DNA of 64,000 nt from a virus. Numbering within the stretch: position 1 is the first letter of the stretch; every line of letters starts with the position of its first letter. This document shows positions 34,700 through 45,055 of the stretch, one piece after another. The translations under genes and the position numbers were made by a program. A model generated the notes under the pieces. That model saw only the letters and a program-made list of their open reading frames with translations, did not search any database and was not told where the DNA came from. Where the stretch lies: IMG/VR virus record IMGVR_UViG_3300032286_000710, positions 1 to 64,000 of that record; one strand, given 5' to 3'.

Positions 34700-35500
34700 A
34701 TGACTAGAAATTTGCACTATATAAGCGGATTACCAAGAAGCGGAAGCACCCTACTTTGTAATATTCTGTCTCAAAATCCAGACTTTTTTGTTAGCAAGGC
34801 TACTAGTGGTTGCCACGATATTCTATTCAGTATTAGAAATCAGTGGGATAGATTGCTAGAGCATAAAGCAGAAGGAGTTGACTACAATCAACTGAAAAGG
34901 GTTTTACAGTCAATATTAAATAGTTACCATACTACTGATAAAGATATTATATTTGATAAAGGTAGGGGTTGGTTAAGTTTGATAGAAACAGTCGAATTTA
35001 TAACCGGGAAAACTCCTAAAATTATTGTTCCGGTAAGAAATATTTCGGCAATACTCAGTAGTTTTGAAAAATTGTGGAGAAAAAATACTGGTTTTTCTCA
35101 GTGGAATATTGAGCAAGAAGACTATTTCAAAGCTCAAACTGTTGATGGTAGATGCGAAATATGGGCAAATCAAAATCAACCTGTTGGAATGGCATATAAC
35201 AGGGTTAGGGATGCTATAAGCAGGGGCTACAAAGATAGCCTATTCTTTTTAGAATTTGAAGATTTAACATCTCGCCCGTATCAGACCATGAGAAAGGTGT
35301 ATGATTATTTAGAACTACCATATTATGAGCATAATTTTAATCATGTGGAACAGGTCACAAGGGAAGATGACGAAAACGTACATAGAATTCCCGGTCTTCA
35401 TTCTATACGCTCAGTAGTTGAACCCGTAAAAAATGACTCTATAAATATTTTAGGAGAATTTTTGACTAAAAAATACTCTAACTTAGAAATATGGAAATAA
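34700..35500 (+). CDS. sulfotransferase-family protein
   Basis: SGLPRSGSTLL PAPS-binding loop; VRNI..ILSSFEKL; FEDL. Confidence 0.88.
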   Translation: MTRNLHYISGLPRSGSTLLCNILSQNPDFFVSKATSGCHDILFSIRNQWDRLLEHKAEGVDYNQLKRVLQSILNSYHTTDKDIIFDKGRGWLSLIETVEFITGKTPKIIVPVRNISAILSSFEKLWRKNTGFSQWNIEQEDYFKAQTVDGRCEIWANQNQPVGMAYNRVRDAISRGYKDSLFFLEFEDLTSRPYQTMRKVYDYLELPYYEHNFNHVEQVTREDDENVHRIPGLHSIRSVVEPVKNDSINILGEFLTKKYSNLEIWK

Positions 35501-35505
35501 TTATT

Positions 35506-35811
35506 ATGAAAAAATATATACTTTTATTGTTAATGCTATCTGGGTGTTCAAATAATATGTTTTGTGTCAATCCAGAAGATATAACAAATATGTACTCTTC
35601 TTACGTAACGGAGTGGCAAGAGAAGTGTAAGACAGCTTTTGACAATGCAGAAAAAGAAGTTTTTAAGGTAGATCCAAAACCGCAGCCGGTTGTGGATACT
35701 GATCCAGACCCAGTAAAATGCGTTTGCAAAGGCACAGGAATAATTGTTCAAGGAGATGGTCATAAAACAATATGTCCATTTCATGCAAAGACCACTAATT
35801 TAAAGAGGTAA
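35506..35811 (+). CDS. lipoprotein with C-terminal Zn-finger-like motif
   Basis: MKK..LLLLMLSG|C lipobox; CVCKGTG...CPFH. Confidence 0.75.
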   Translation: MKKYILLLLMLSGCSNNMFCVNPEDITNMYSSYVTEWQEKCKTAFDNAEKEVFKVDPKPQPVVDTDPDPVKCVCKGTGIIVQGDGHKTICPFHAKTTNLKR

Positions 35812-35815
35812 TAAG

Positions 35816-36091
35816 ATGGAATCGTGGAATATTTTGTTAATTGGAATTGCTTTACTTATATTAGCAACTAACTTTGTAGATATTCCATACTGGGTATCTA
35901 GACTATTTGCTAAGTCTAAGGTCAAAGTTGTAGAGAACAAAGAAGAAGGATTCTTGGAAATAGTTAGTTTATGGTATCAACTAAAAAATAAATGCGATGA
36001 ATACCATTTAACCGTAGCGTCTGATAAGTTAGACGAAGTATTTCCACTACTAAACAAAGTAATTGAGGACAACGATGGAAAAGTTTCTTAA
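35816..36091 (+). CDS. membrane protein
   Basis: GAGG RBS; N-terminal TM. Confidence 0.75.
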   Translation: MESWNILLIGIALLILATNFVDIPYWVSRLFAKSKVKVVENKEEGFLEIVSLWYQLKNKCDEYHLTVASDKLDEVFPLLNKVIEDNDGKVS

Positions 36092-36542
36092 GGTTAAAAA
36101 TTTAATAGCACTAATTTTACTTGGCATAGCTTTATACCAACCAATATTAAATATAGTTCCAATCTCACCAAAACCAGATGTTGCTATTCTAAATATTGAT
36201 CGCCCTAGCGATGAAGTTATAGAATTAGTTAAACCAGTATCATCATTAATAATTGATCCAACAGATAGAGCAAAAGTTGCTATATATAGTCAAGAGTTTG
36301 CAAATAGAGTAAAGACCTATGACGCTCAGTTACAACAAGTAAATGATGTGCTAGCATTATCTGCAAGCGGATTCTTTGAAGGAACCATGAATGATAAGTA
36401 TAAAGATTTAGATGTGGCTATTGTAGATTTAATTACTTCTGCCGTTGGTGGTGATGAAAATCATAAACTAACAGATGAAGAAAAAAATAAAATCTCAGAT
36501 AGATTTATGGGCTTGGCTTGGTCACTAATACAGAAGAATTAA
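36075..36542 (+). CDS. membrane-anchored or secreted protein
   Basis: GAGG RBS; N-terminal hydrophobic helix. Confidence 0.75.
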   Translation: MEKFLKVKNLIALILLGIALYQPILNIVPISPKPDVAILNIDRPSDEVIELVKPVSSLIIDPTDRAKVAIYSQEFANRVKTYDAQLQQVNDVLALSASGFFEGTMNDKYKDLDVAIVDLITSAVGGDENHKLTDEEKNKISDRFMGLAWSLIQKN

Positions 36543-36543
36543 T

Positions 36544-37182
36544 ATGCCAATACCAATTTCACAAATTAAACAAATTGTTGATTTCATCTTTTCGAAGAAT
36601 GGTTATGACATTAAAAATCTAAATATAAGTTTCCCCCAACCATTAGATATTAAAGTTATAAAAGACCCTTCTGAAAATATTATTCTGTCATTCACTGAAT
36701 CTCTCCCAAAAGTAACTTGGAAAAAATACATCAAGTTAAGTGCTTATGTGCAGGGCTTGACTTTAGGTAAAGAGGGTGGTACACTCAAGCTAAAGTACCT
36801 ACCAGATATCAAGTTTTCCTATGATGAAAACTCAGAAACTCTGTTTGGTAGTTCTTTCGACACCAGCGACATAGAAGCTCAGATTGACGCTGAATATGCA
36901 GACTTAGAAAGAAACTTTTTAGCCAAAAAATGTTTGCAATACGGCAACGAATGGGCTACAATAGCTAGCCAAAGCGGAACAAACTTTACGGAGTGTGACA
37001 CATATAGTAAAAGGCAACTAAAAAGAGATTGCAAAGACTTCGTAATGTCCAATGTAAAACAAGATCCAGAAGTAATGTATGGATCTGTTATACTAACATT
37101 TTTGCTAATCTATGTTGTTTTGCCCGTTATATTAAAGTTTATACTTGAAAGATTGTTTAGAAAACTTTTTAACGAATATTGA
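36544..37182 (+). CDS. hypothetical protein with C-terminal TM
   Basis: VILTFLLIYVVLPVILKF helix. Confidence 0.75.
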   Translation: MPIPISQIKQIVDFIFSKNGYDIKNLNISFPQPLDIKVIKDPSENIILSFTESLPKVTWKKYIKLSAYVQGLTLGKEGGTLKLKYLPDIKFSYDENSETLFGSSFDTSDIEAQIDAEYADLERNFLAKKCLQYGNEWATIASQSGTNFTECDTYSKRQLKRDCKDFVMSNVKQDPEVMYGSVILTFLLIYVVLPVILKFILERLFRKLFNEY

Positions 37183-37208
37183 TAGTTGATTAAAAGAAAG
37201 AGGGGATT

Positions 37209-39443
37209 ATGCGCGTTCAAAAAAGGAACGGTAGTTTCGAAGTCTACACAGTTGAGAAGATTCATAAGGTTGTAGAGTGGGCGATTAAAGACATCGCTAA
37301 CGTTTCTTGGTCAGATATAGAGATGAATGCCAACCTCTCTCTAAAAGATGGAATAACCACAGAAGAAATCCATCAAATCTTAATCAAATCTGCCAACGAT
37401 CTAACTTCTCCCAGCAAACCAAACTATCAATATGTCGCATCTAGACTATTGAATATGTCTCTTAGAAAAGACCTTTGGGAAAACCACGACGCTCCACCAA
37501 GTTTGTTTTCTCATATATCAACTAATGTAGAGGCTGAAATATATGATGATGCTCTATTATCAAAATGGAGTAAAGAACAAATAGATCAGATTGAGAAGTT
37601 CGTTGATCACGATAGGGATTACTTATATACTTATGCTGGATTACAGCAAATGATAGATAAGTATCTTATCAAGAATAGGTCTACCGGGCAGATGTATGAA
37701 ACACCACAATTTGCTTATGTAGCAATTGCTATGTCTTTATTTGATACCGTAGAGGAAGTAGAAGAGGCATATGAATGTTTCTCTACATTTAAGATCAATC
37801 TTCCAACCCCAATCATGGCGGGTGTAAGAACTAAAATTAAACAGTTTGCTAGTTGTGTTCTAGTAGACGTTGCAGATGATCTTGATTCCATATTCTCAAG
37901 CGTACATGCTGTTGGAAAGTATACTGCCAGAAGGGCTGGTATTGGTCTAAACATTGGTCGAATTCGCCCAATTAACTCTAGCATTAGAGGCGGCGAAGTA
38001 ATTCATACTGGTCTTATCCCATACTTAAAGATATTTGAGTCAACCGTTAAGGCAACAAGTCAGAATGGTATTCGTGGTGGTTCTGCTACTGTTCATATTC
38101 CATTTTGGCATTATGAAATTGAAGACGTAATGACACTAAAGAATAACGCCGGAACTGACGATAATAGAGTAAGAAAGCTAGATTACTCTGTTCAGTTTAA
38201 TAAGTTGTTCTATGAGCGTTTAATTAAAAATGAAGACATTACATTAATGAGTCCTCATGAAACTGGTGGTCTTTATAGTTCTATGAACAACAATGAAGAC
38301 TTTAAAAAGCTATATGAAAAATATGAAAACTCTCGCCATATAAAGATGAAGAAAAAAATTAACGCAAGAAAGCTTGCTGAAATTTTTACCAAAGAGAGAT
38401 TAGAAACTGGTCGCATTTATGTTATGAATATTGATAATGCTAATGAGCATGGATCATGGGATGCCCCAGTTTACATGAGTAATCTCTGCCAAGAAATTAT
38501 TCATCCAACTATACCCATATCATCCATAGATGACAAAGAGGGCGAAATTGGTATTTGTATTCTATCAGCATTAAACCTACTTGAACTAGAAGATAACAAG
38601 GATATAGAAAAGGCTTGTTCTATTGCTGTAAAGTCTTTGGAATCCATTATTGACTATCAAAATTATCCAGTAGCGGCTGGCGAAAACTTTACAAAGAATC
38701 GTAGATCACTCGGAATTGGTGTTACTAATTTTGCTGCATTTTTAGCAAAGCACAAGCTAAAATATGATGATGCAGAAACACTAAGATTAGTTCATGAAAT
38801 TATGGAAAAAATTCAGTGGTACTTACTAAACGAGTCTTGCAAACTTGCTGAACTCAAGGGACCATGTAATAAATTCAATGAGACTAAATATTCTCGCGGA
38901 TTATTGCCAATTGATTGGTATAAAAAGACAGTTGACGAACTGGTTAAGCCAGAGTATACTATGGATTGGGAAGGCTTGAGAACTAGGATCAAAACCCATG
39001 GTCTAAGACACTCTACCCTGACCGCTATAATGCCCTGTGAGTCTTCTAGCGTCATCCAGAACAGCACAAATGGAATTGAACCTGTCCGTAGCCTCATGTC
39101 TTATAAAAAGGCTAAGAACGGCATTCTCAAGCAATTAGTGCCAAATTATGCTTCTCGTAAAAATTACTATACTTTAGCATGGGAAATGCAAAATAACAAA
39201 GCAATATTAAATATTTGTGCCGTATTACAGAAATTTGTTGACATGAGTATAAGTGTTAATTTATACTACAATTATGCCCATTATCCTGACGGCAATATTC
39301 CTTTGAGTATTTTGATCAAAGATCAGATACAGGGGTATAAGTATGGTGTAAAGAACTTTTATTATTGCAATACGCCAGATTCTGATGGTAATACTGAAAA
39401 AGATTTGTTATCTACCTGTGAGGGTGGTTCTTGTGCAATATAA
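37209..39443 (+). CDS. nrdA: ribonucleotide reductase class Ia alpha subunit
   Basis: ATP cone VQKRNG; PTPIMAG; SCVL; SNLCQEI; C-terminal CEGGSCAI. Confidence 0.97.
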   Translation: MRVQKRNGSFEVYTVEKIHKVVEWAIKDIANVSWSDIEMNANLSLKDGITTEEIHQILIKSANDLTSPSKPNYQYVASRLLNMSLRKDLWENHDAPPSLFSHISTNVEAEIYDDALLSKWSKEQIDQIEKFVDHDRDYLYTYAGLQQMIDKYLIKNRSTGQMYETPQFAYVAIAMSLFDTVEEVEEAYECFSTFKINLPTPIMAGVRTKIKQFASCVLVDVADDLDSIFSSVHAVGKYTARRAGIGLNIGRIRPINSSIRGGEVIHTGLIPYLKIFESTVKATSQNGIRGGSATVHIPFWHYEIEDVMTLKNNAGTDDNRVRKLDYSVQFNKLFYERLIKNEDITLMSPHETGGLYSSMNNNEDFKKLYEKYENSRHIKMKKKINARKLAEIFTKERLETGRIYVMNIDNANEHGSWDAPVYMSNLCQEIIHPTIPISSIDDKEGEIGICILSALNLLELEDNKDIEKACSIAVKSLESIIDYQNYPVAAGENFTKNRRSLGIGVTNFAAFLAKHKLKYDDAETLRLVHEIMEKIQWYLLNESCKLAELKGPCNKFNETKYSRGLLPIDWYKKTVDELVKPEYTMDWEGLRTRIKTHGLRHSTLTAIMPCESSSVIQNSTNGIEPVRSLMSYKKAKNGILKQLVPNYASRKNYYTLAWEMQNNKAILNICAVLQKFVDMSISVNLYYNYAHYPDGNIPLSILIKDQIQGYKYGVKNFYYCNTPDSDGNTEKDLLSTCEGGSCAI

Positions 39444-39453
39444 TTTAAAAGAA

Positions 39454-39903
39454 ATGTTATCATATGACCCCAACACTGGAAATATATTCTGGAAAATAAA
39501 TCCTAATTTGGGATATACAAAGGCGGGAGATATCGCAGGTACTATTGATAATAAGGGGTATATAGTAATATCAGTAGGATATAAAAGATATAAAGCACAC
39601 AGATTGGCATGGTATTTGTATTATGATGAATGGCCTAAAAATCAAATAGATCACATTGATAGAAATAAACAGAATAATTGTATTAATAATTTACGAGATG
39701 TCACACAAGAAATTAATCAAAGTAATTCACATGTTAGAAAAGATTCAACTAGTGGGTATAGAGGTATTTCTTGGAATAAAATAAGAAAAAAGTGGCAAGT
39801 AAGAATACAAATTAATGGTAAACGCAAAGAGTTAGGCTTTTTTGATGATATAAATAAAGCTATAGAAAGAAGATTGGAACATGAAAACAATATTAAATAC
39901 TAA
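39454..39903 (+). CDS. HNH-AP2 homing endonuclease (free-standing; start may be GTG 39433)
   Basis: YDPNTG; AHRLAW; IDHIDRNKQNNCINNLR; SGYRGISW...KWQVRI AP2 domain. Confidence 0.9.
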   Translation: MLSYDPNTGNIFWKINPNLGYTKAGDIAGTIDNKGYIVISVGYKRYKAHRLAWYLYYDEWPKNQIDHIDRNKQNNCINNLRDVTQEINQSNSHVRKDSTSGYRGISWNKIRKKWQVRIQINGKRKELGFFDDINKAIERRLEHENNIKY

Positions 39904-40960
39904 AAACGTTGACTACTTGAAGCAACCATTATTTTTAGGCGAAAACTTATCATTACAGAGATATGATAAATTTAAATATCCAGTATTTTTTGATTTGTAT
40001 AAGAAACAAATTGAATTCTTTTGGCGTCCAGAAGAAATAGAACTGAAGAAAGATCGTAATGACTTCAAAAATGATGATATTATGAGTGAGAATGAAAGAT
40101 TTATTTTCACATCTAATCTTAAATATCAAACTATGCTTGATTCAGTTATTTGTAGGGGTGTTCCAAGCTTTAATCAATATGTTTCTAATCCAGAATTAGA
40201 AGCCTGTATGAATGTTTGGCAATTTTTCGAACAAATTCATAGTTACAGCTATACATATATTATTAAGAACGTATATAACAATCCTAGCGAAATACTAGAT
40301 AGCTGTTTAACAGATAAAGAAATTCTTAAACGAGCCAATGTAGCAATCAAAGAATATAACGCTTTACGAGAAGTAGGTCATTCCGGCAAAGTTAAAGATA
40401 TAAAAAAGCAGATTTACCTAACTCTCATTAGCGTTAACATACTTGAAGCAGTTAGATTTTATGTCTCATTTATTTCTGCATTCGCGTTTGCAGAAAACAA
40501 GAAAATGATTGGCAATGCAGATATTATTAAACTTATTAAACGTGATGAAGCATTACATCTTTATAATACTCAGGAAATTATTAAGATTCTTCACAATGTT
40601 CCAGAAGAGGGATTTGTAAAGATAGCAGAAGAATGTCAAGAAGAAGCCGTAGCAATGTTTGAATCCGCAGCAAATGAGGAAAAGGCATGGGCAGAATACC
40701 TATTTAAAGATGGATCAATCATTGGTTTAAATGAAAAGGTTATGGCTGAATATATTGATTGGCTATGCATGACTAGAAGAAAAAACATAGGTTTACCATA
40801 CGATAAGGGTTGTAGAAATCCAATATCTGGATGGACTGACCCTTGGATGAATAGTGAATCAGTGCAAGTTGCACCACAAGAGCATGAAATTACTTCATAT
40901 AAGATTGGTGCTAGTAAGAACGATTTAGAGGATGTTGACCTAGGAGGATTCGATTTATGA
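39881..40960 (+). CDS. nrdB: ribonucleotide reductase class Ia beta subunit
   Basis: FFWRPEE; EQIHSYSY; LEAVRFYVSF; RDEALH; VAPQE. Confidence 0.97.
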   Translation: MKTILNTKNVDYLKQPLFLGENLSLQRYDKFKYPVFFDLYKKQIEFFWRPEEIELKKDRNDFKNDDIMSENERFIFTSNLKYQTMLDSVICRGVPSFNQYVSNPELEACMNVWQFFEQIHSYSYTYIIKNVYNNPSEILDSCLTDKEILKRANVAIKEYNALREVGHSGKVKDIKKQIYLTLISVNILEAVRFYVSFISAFAFAENKKMIGNADIIKLIKRDEALHLYNTQEIIKILHNVPEEGFVKIAEECQEEAVAMFESAANEEKAWAEYLFKDGSIIGLNEKVMAEYIDWLCMTRRKNIGLPYDKGCRNPISGWTDPWMNSESVQVAPQEHEITSYKIGASKNDLEDVDLGGFDL

Positions 40961-41376
40961 TTTCTGTTCAATTACTTGATAACAATGCCAAGATTCCAAC
41001 AAAAGCCAACCCAAATGACGCAGGATTTGACTTATACTCAGTGCTTGATACCGTCATACCACCAAAACAACGTAAGACTGTCAGAACGGGGATAGCAATA
41101 AAAATGCCAGAACACTTTGCTGGTTTAATTTGGCCAAGATCGGGCCTTTCAGTTAAACAAGGTATTGATGTTTTAGCAGGGGTAGTGGATAGCGGATATA
41201 GAGGAGAAATAATGGTATGCTTATACAACACTTCTGATGAAGTTGTAGGTATAAATACCGGGGATAGAATCGCTCAGATTATATTCCAAGAGGTTCCTCG
41301 CGTAAGTATGGAGGTCCATGAAACGTTAGGTTCCTCGCAACGAGGAGACAACGGCTTTGGCAGCAGCGGCAAATAA
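40957..41376 (+). CDS. dut: dUTP pyrophosphatase
   Basis: DAGFDL; PRSG; GVVDSGYRGE; RIAQ; RGDNGFGSSG. Confidence 0.97.
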   Translation: MISVQLLDNNAKIPTKANPNDAGFDLYSVLDTVIPPKQRKTVRTGIAIKMPEHFAGLIWPRSGLSVKQGIDVLAGVVDSGYRGEIMVCLYNTSDEVVGINTGDRIAQIIFQEVPRVSMEVHETLGSSQRGDNGFGSSGK

Positions 41377-42049
41377 CAATCCGAGAAAGAATAACAACAA
41401 CAAAAAAAATAAAAAGCAAACTCCTAAAGAAAATGTTTTAATAGCTAAAACGGACAATCAAAAAGAATATATCTTATCTATTGTTGAGAATGATATTATT
41501 TTTTGCACTGGCCCATCTGGTACTGGCAAGTCTTTTATTGCTGCCGGTATAGCTGCTGAACATCTTATGAAGGATAAGATAGAATCCATTATAGTAACAA
41601 GACCCTTAGTTTGCACTGGCAAAGATATTGGTTCTTTACCGGGAGAACTTGGTGATAAAATTAAACCATACTTACAGCCTATGGAAGAAAATCTTAAATA
41701 TTTTCTAGGCAGAGATAAGTTTGGCTTGTACTATAATACTAGAAGAATAAGATTTGAGCCGTTAGAAACAATGAGAGGATCAACATTCCATAATGCGTAT
41801 ATGATTTTAGACGAAGCCCAAAATTGCACATTAGAGCAGATTAAAATGTTTATAACAAGAATGGGCGAGAACTCTAAAGTTATGATCAATGGCGATACAA
41901 AACAAACAGATTTGTATCGCGGCAATGGGTTGTTAGAATGTATAGATAAATTAAGTAATATTAATGGTATTGGTATTTGCGGTTTAGGTTATCAAGATAT
42001 ACAAAGAAATGGAATATTAGGAGCAGTTTTACACGCTCTAGAATCTTGA
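41357..42049 (+). CDS. phoH: PhoH-family ATPase (start uncertain)
   Basis: GPSGTGKS; LPG; MRGSTF; LDEAQN; TRMG; GDTKQTD. Confidence 0.95.
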   Translation: MAAAANNNPRKNNNNKKNKKQTPKENVLIAKTDNQKEYILSIVENDIIFCTGPSGTGKSFIAAGIAAEHLMKDKIESIIVTRPLVCTGKDIGSLPGELGDKIKPYLQPMEENLKYFLGRDKFGLYYNTRRIRFEPLETMRGSTFHNAYMILDEAQNCTLEQIKMFITRMGENSKVMINGDTKQTDLYRGNGLLECIDKLSNINGIGICGLGYQDIQRNGILGAVLHALES

Positions 42050-42056
42050 GGAAAAA

Positions 42057-42407
42057 ATGCTATATGACTACGTTTGTGATGAATGTTCACATGAAATGAA
42101 GGATGTTTATCAGTCTATAAAAGATGAATCTTTGACACAATGCCCAAGCTGTGGAAAAGAAGGTCTGAGAAGGCTAATATATGGTGGGATAGCTTCTTTT
42201 ATGTCAGAACCTAAGACTATTGGAAGTCTCGCGGATAGAAATTGGTCTAAAAAAGGTCACTACGAGAAGTCTGAGATAGAAGCCCAATCGAAGAAGAGTA
42301 CGGGTGATGACTCGTATTTTTCTTCATTGGGATCTGCCTCTAAAAAAGAAATAAATAAAATGTCAGAAACTCAAAGAACTAAATATATAATGACAGGTGA
42401 AAAATGA
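42057..42407 (+). CDS. FmdB-family Zn-ribbon protein
   Basis: YDYVCDEC...CPSCG...LRRLI. Confidence 0.8.
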   Translation: MLYDYVCDECSHEMKDVYQSIKDESLTQCPSCGKEGLRRLIYGGIASFMSEPKTIGSLADRNWSKKGHYEKSEIEAQSKKSTGDDSYFSSLGSASKKEINKMSETQRTKYIMTGEK

Positions 42408-42751
42408 AGTTTATTAGCTCATCAGATAATGTGGAAAATATTGACAAGAAAGAAATCAATGAAGTTTGTATTAATAAGATAGGGATGCAAATTATTGATG
42501 AATCTGAAAGGGTTTTTGCCAAGATAATCACCGCAGATATTGGTGATGGTAGAATCCAAATGAAGTATGTTATCCTTGTGTTTAATAGTCAGCCATATGA
42601 CCCATACGGTGCTGATAGTCACAGAGAATCAAATCTAAGATTAGAGTATAAAACTGTAAGTAAACAAACATATGATTATTATGTTTCATACTTGAAAAGT
42701 AAGAACTCATTATATATGACGAGAGCACAAAGGAGTTTTATTAATGGCTAA
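42404..42751 (+). CDS. hypothetical protein
   Basis: AGGT RBS; ATGA overlap. Confidence 0.75.
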   Translation: MKFISSSDNVENIDKKEINEVCINKIGMQIIDESERVFAKIITADIGDGRIQMKYVILVFNSQPYDPYGADSHRESNLRLEYKTVSKQTYDYYVSYLKSKNSLYMTRAQRSFING

Positions 42752-43028
42752 GACAGGACCACTAGGAAAAGCAGAAGCTTTTTATGTTACGGAAAAATTT
42801 AAATCTGGACAGTCGATGGAACAGATAGCAACAGATTTAGATAGGGCAGTTGGGGCTATAGAGAAATATATAAAAAAGAGTAAGGTTGAAGCACCAAGAA
42901 CGTTAATTGATCAGCAATTTGCTCGTCAGAGTGGTGCTACAATAATGACAGAAAGTGCATCTACAATGATAGATGAAAATAAAAAAAGCACCCCAATAAA
43001 GCACGACTGTGTGACCAAGATCAGATGA
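42744..43028 (+). CDS. putative HTH DNA-binding protein
   Basis: SMEQIATDLDRAVGAIEKYI. Confidence 0.6.
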   Translation: MAKTGPLGKAEAFYVTEKFKSGQSMEQIATDLDRAVGAIEKYIKKSKVEAPRTLIDQQFARQSGATIMTESASTMIDENKKSTPIKHDCVTKIR

Positions 43029-43459
43029 AAAATTTCATAACATCATATAAAGATTGGCTAGAAGAATATAAAAAAGATAAGTATAATACTTGGATAAGAG
43101 CTATCTTATCTAATGACTTAGAAATATATCTAACAGATTATTCAGATTGGTTTGAATTAAAAACATATTGCAAAGAAAACAAGTTATCAATCAAGAAAAT
43201 AGGGCTACAATATCGATCTCATTCTATAGAGGTTGACACGCTAGACTCAGATGGTGTATACTTAACACGATCTATAATAGGGTCGTTCGGTCAATCAACA
43301 CGCCAAACATTCACCATTGGCATGTTGCATGATGATATTGTTAAGAAAACTATTTGGGTTATCCCAGAATTGATCAAAGAATTAGAAGATGAAGATAATA
43401 TTGCAGATTGTTTTGAGGAAGCTTTAATTTATGACTACACCGAAAAAAGAGAAACCTGA
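43025..43459 (+). CDS. hypothetical protein
   Basis: ATGA overlap. Confidence 0.75.
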   Translation: MKNFITSYKDWLEEYKKDKYNTWIRAILSNDLEIYLTDYSDWFELKTYCKENKLSIKKIGLQYRSHSIEVDTLDSDGVYLTRSIIGSFGQSTRQTFTIGMLHDDIVKKTIWVIPELIKELEDEDNIADCFEEALIYDYTEKRET

Positions 43460-43952
43460 TCTTTTTAATCAAGACTATCAAAAGCAATGGTCTGAGACTC
43501 ATAAGTATAAGCATATCCATACTGGTGAATATTGTACTTTTGAAGCATACGTTGCAGAATATATAGTATTGAGAAGATCAGAGAAATTGAACTTGGGAAA
43601 ACCATCATATAAATTTTGGACTAAAGGTGATCCCCTACATTGGCTATGGAAGAAACAGCACGGTGCTGCGGTTCAGCTTAGAAAGAAATATAGCGAAGAA
43701 GCTATATTGCAAGCTATAAAATCAAAAGACTTTGATAGACTGCTGGTAATTGGGGTGCAGAATGGAAGAGGATATAAGATTAGTCCAGAAGCAGAAAAAG
43801 TAATTGCAAAATATCAAAAAAAGATTGAAGAAGAACAAAATAAACCCCAAATCAATCTTGAAGTTAAAGAAGAAAATACTCCGCTTGAAACTAGAGCGTC
43901 TAGCGGCTATAATACGAAAAGGACAACATTGAACCAACTGAGGAATTTATGA
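43431..43952 (+). CDS. hypothetical protein
   Basis: GAGG RBS; coupled to recA. Confidence 0.75.
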   Translation: MTTPKKEKPDLFNQDYQKQWSETHKYKHIHTGEYCTFEAYVAEYIVLRRSEKLNLGKPSYKFWTKGDPLHWLWKKQHGAAVQLRKKYSEEAILQAIKSKDFDRLLVIGVQNGRGYKISPEAEKVIAKYQKKIEEEQNKPQINLEVKEENTPLETRASSGYNTKRTTLNQLRNL

Positions 43953-45055
43953 GCAAAACCAAAAAGATAACAGGTAAGTTTTCAGAAGATGCGGTTAGTA
44001 ATTCTATAGTAAGTAAGTATGGTGATGTTGTTAGGAGTGGAACAGAAGTCCTTCAAAATATAAATAGTCTTGGCGTGATAGGAATATCTCCAGCTTTAGA
44101 TATTGCTCTTGGTGGTGGATTAAGAGAAGGGTCTGTTGTAGTAATGACAGGAGATCCAAAGAGTGGAAAGACCACCACGGCTTTGCACTTTGCTGCTAAG
44201 TGTCAAAAGCTTAGTAAGAGAATAATTTATATCAACACAGAGGGTAGACTATCTAAGCAAAACTTTGATGGTATTAAAGGTCTAGAGCCAGATAATATTA
44301 TCATTATAGAATCAACAGATGAGAGGGTTCTATCAGCAGAAGACTTTTTAAATATCATTGAGTTTTATATTAATAATGATCCCGGTTGCCTAATAATTAC
44401 TGACTCACTATCTAACATGGTTCCAGCATGTGAATTAGAGGGAGAAGTTAGAACGGGCGTAAGAAATGCTTTACCTAGATTACTCTCAATGTTTTTCAAG
44501 CGTATAAGTGGTACGCTCATGAAGAATAAGACTATATTAATTTGTATCACTCATAATATTGCTAATACCGGTGGATCTCCATATGCACCACAAAAAATGG
44601 CAGACTGTGGAAACATGTTACAATATCAAGCCGGTACAAATATGGTAATTACCCATCGTGGAAAGTGGCAAGTGCCAAAGGATACCGGTGTTCATGTTGG
44701 TCAAATAGCCAACTGGGTAATAAAAACATCAACCGCTGGCGGTAGGCCAAATAGCACAGCAGAAAGTTGGATCAAGTATGGAGTTGGCGTTGACGAAGTA
44801 CAAGAGATAATTCAGATTGCCTGTGAGTTTAGGCTTATAAAGGCGGCGGGTGCTTGGTATACTATACAGTGTGCTGTAGATGAGCCAGAAAATCCCATTG
44901 TTTCCAAGGTACTAGAAGAAAACCAAATAGGCAAGACTCCAGACGAAATAGAAAGATTCTTTAAATTTCAAGGCGTTAATAACGTAGCAGAATTCTTGAA
45001 TGGTAATCTAGCAATTTCATCATTTATTTATAATAAGATAAAGGAGCTTCATTGA
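43949..45055 (+). CDS. recA: RecA/UvsX-like recombinase
   Basis: LDIALGGG; Walker A GDPKSGKTT; LIITDS; AGAWY. Confidence 0.9.
   Translation: MSKTKKITGKFSEDAVSNSIVSKYGDVVRSGTEVLQNINSLGVIGISPALDIALGGGLREGSVVVMTGDPKSGKTTTALHFAAKCQKLSKRIIYINTEGRLSKQNFDGIKGLEPDNIIIIESTDERVLSAEDFLNIIEFYINNDPGCLIITDSLSNMVPACELEGEVRTGVRNALPRLLSMFFKRISGTLMKNKTILICITHNIANTGGSPYAPQKMADCGNMLQYQAGTNMVITHRGKWQVPKDTGVHVGQIANWVIKTSTAGGRPNSTAESWIKYGVGVDEVQEIIQIACEFRLIKAAGAWYTIQCAVDEPENPIVSKVLEENQIGKTPDEIERFFKFQGVNNVAEFLNGNLAISSFIYNKIKELH

Noticed and set aside
39385-39903. HNH inside an nrdA intron
   Set aside because: nrdA ends with its normal C-terminal cysteine pair and nrdB starts intact, so the gene is intergenic.
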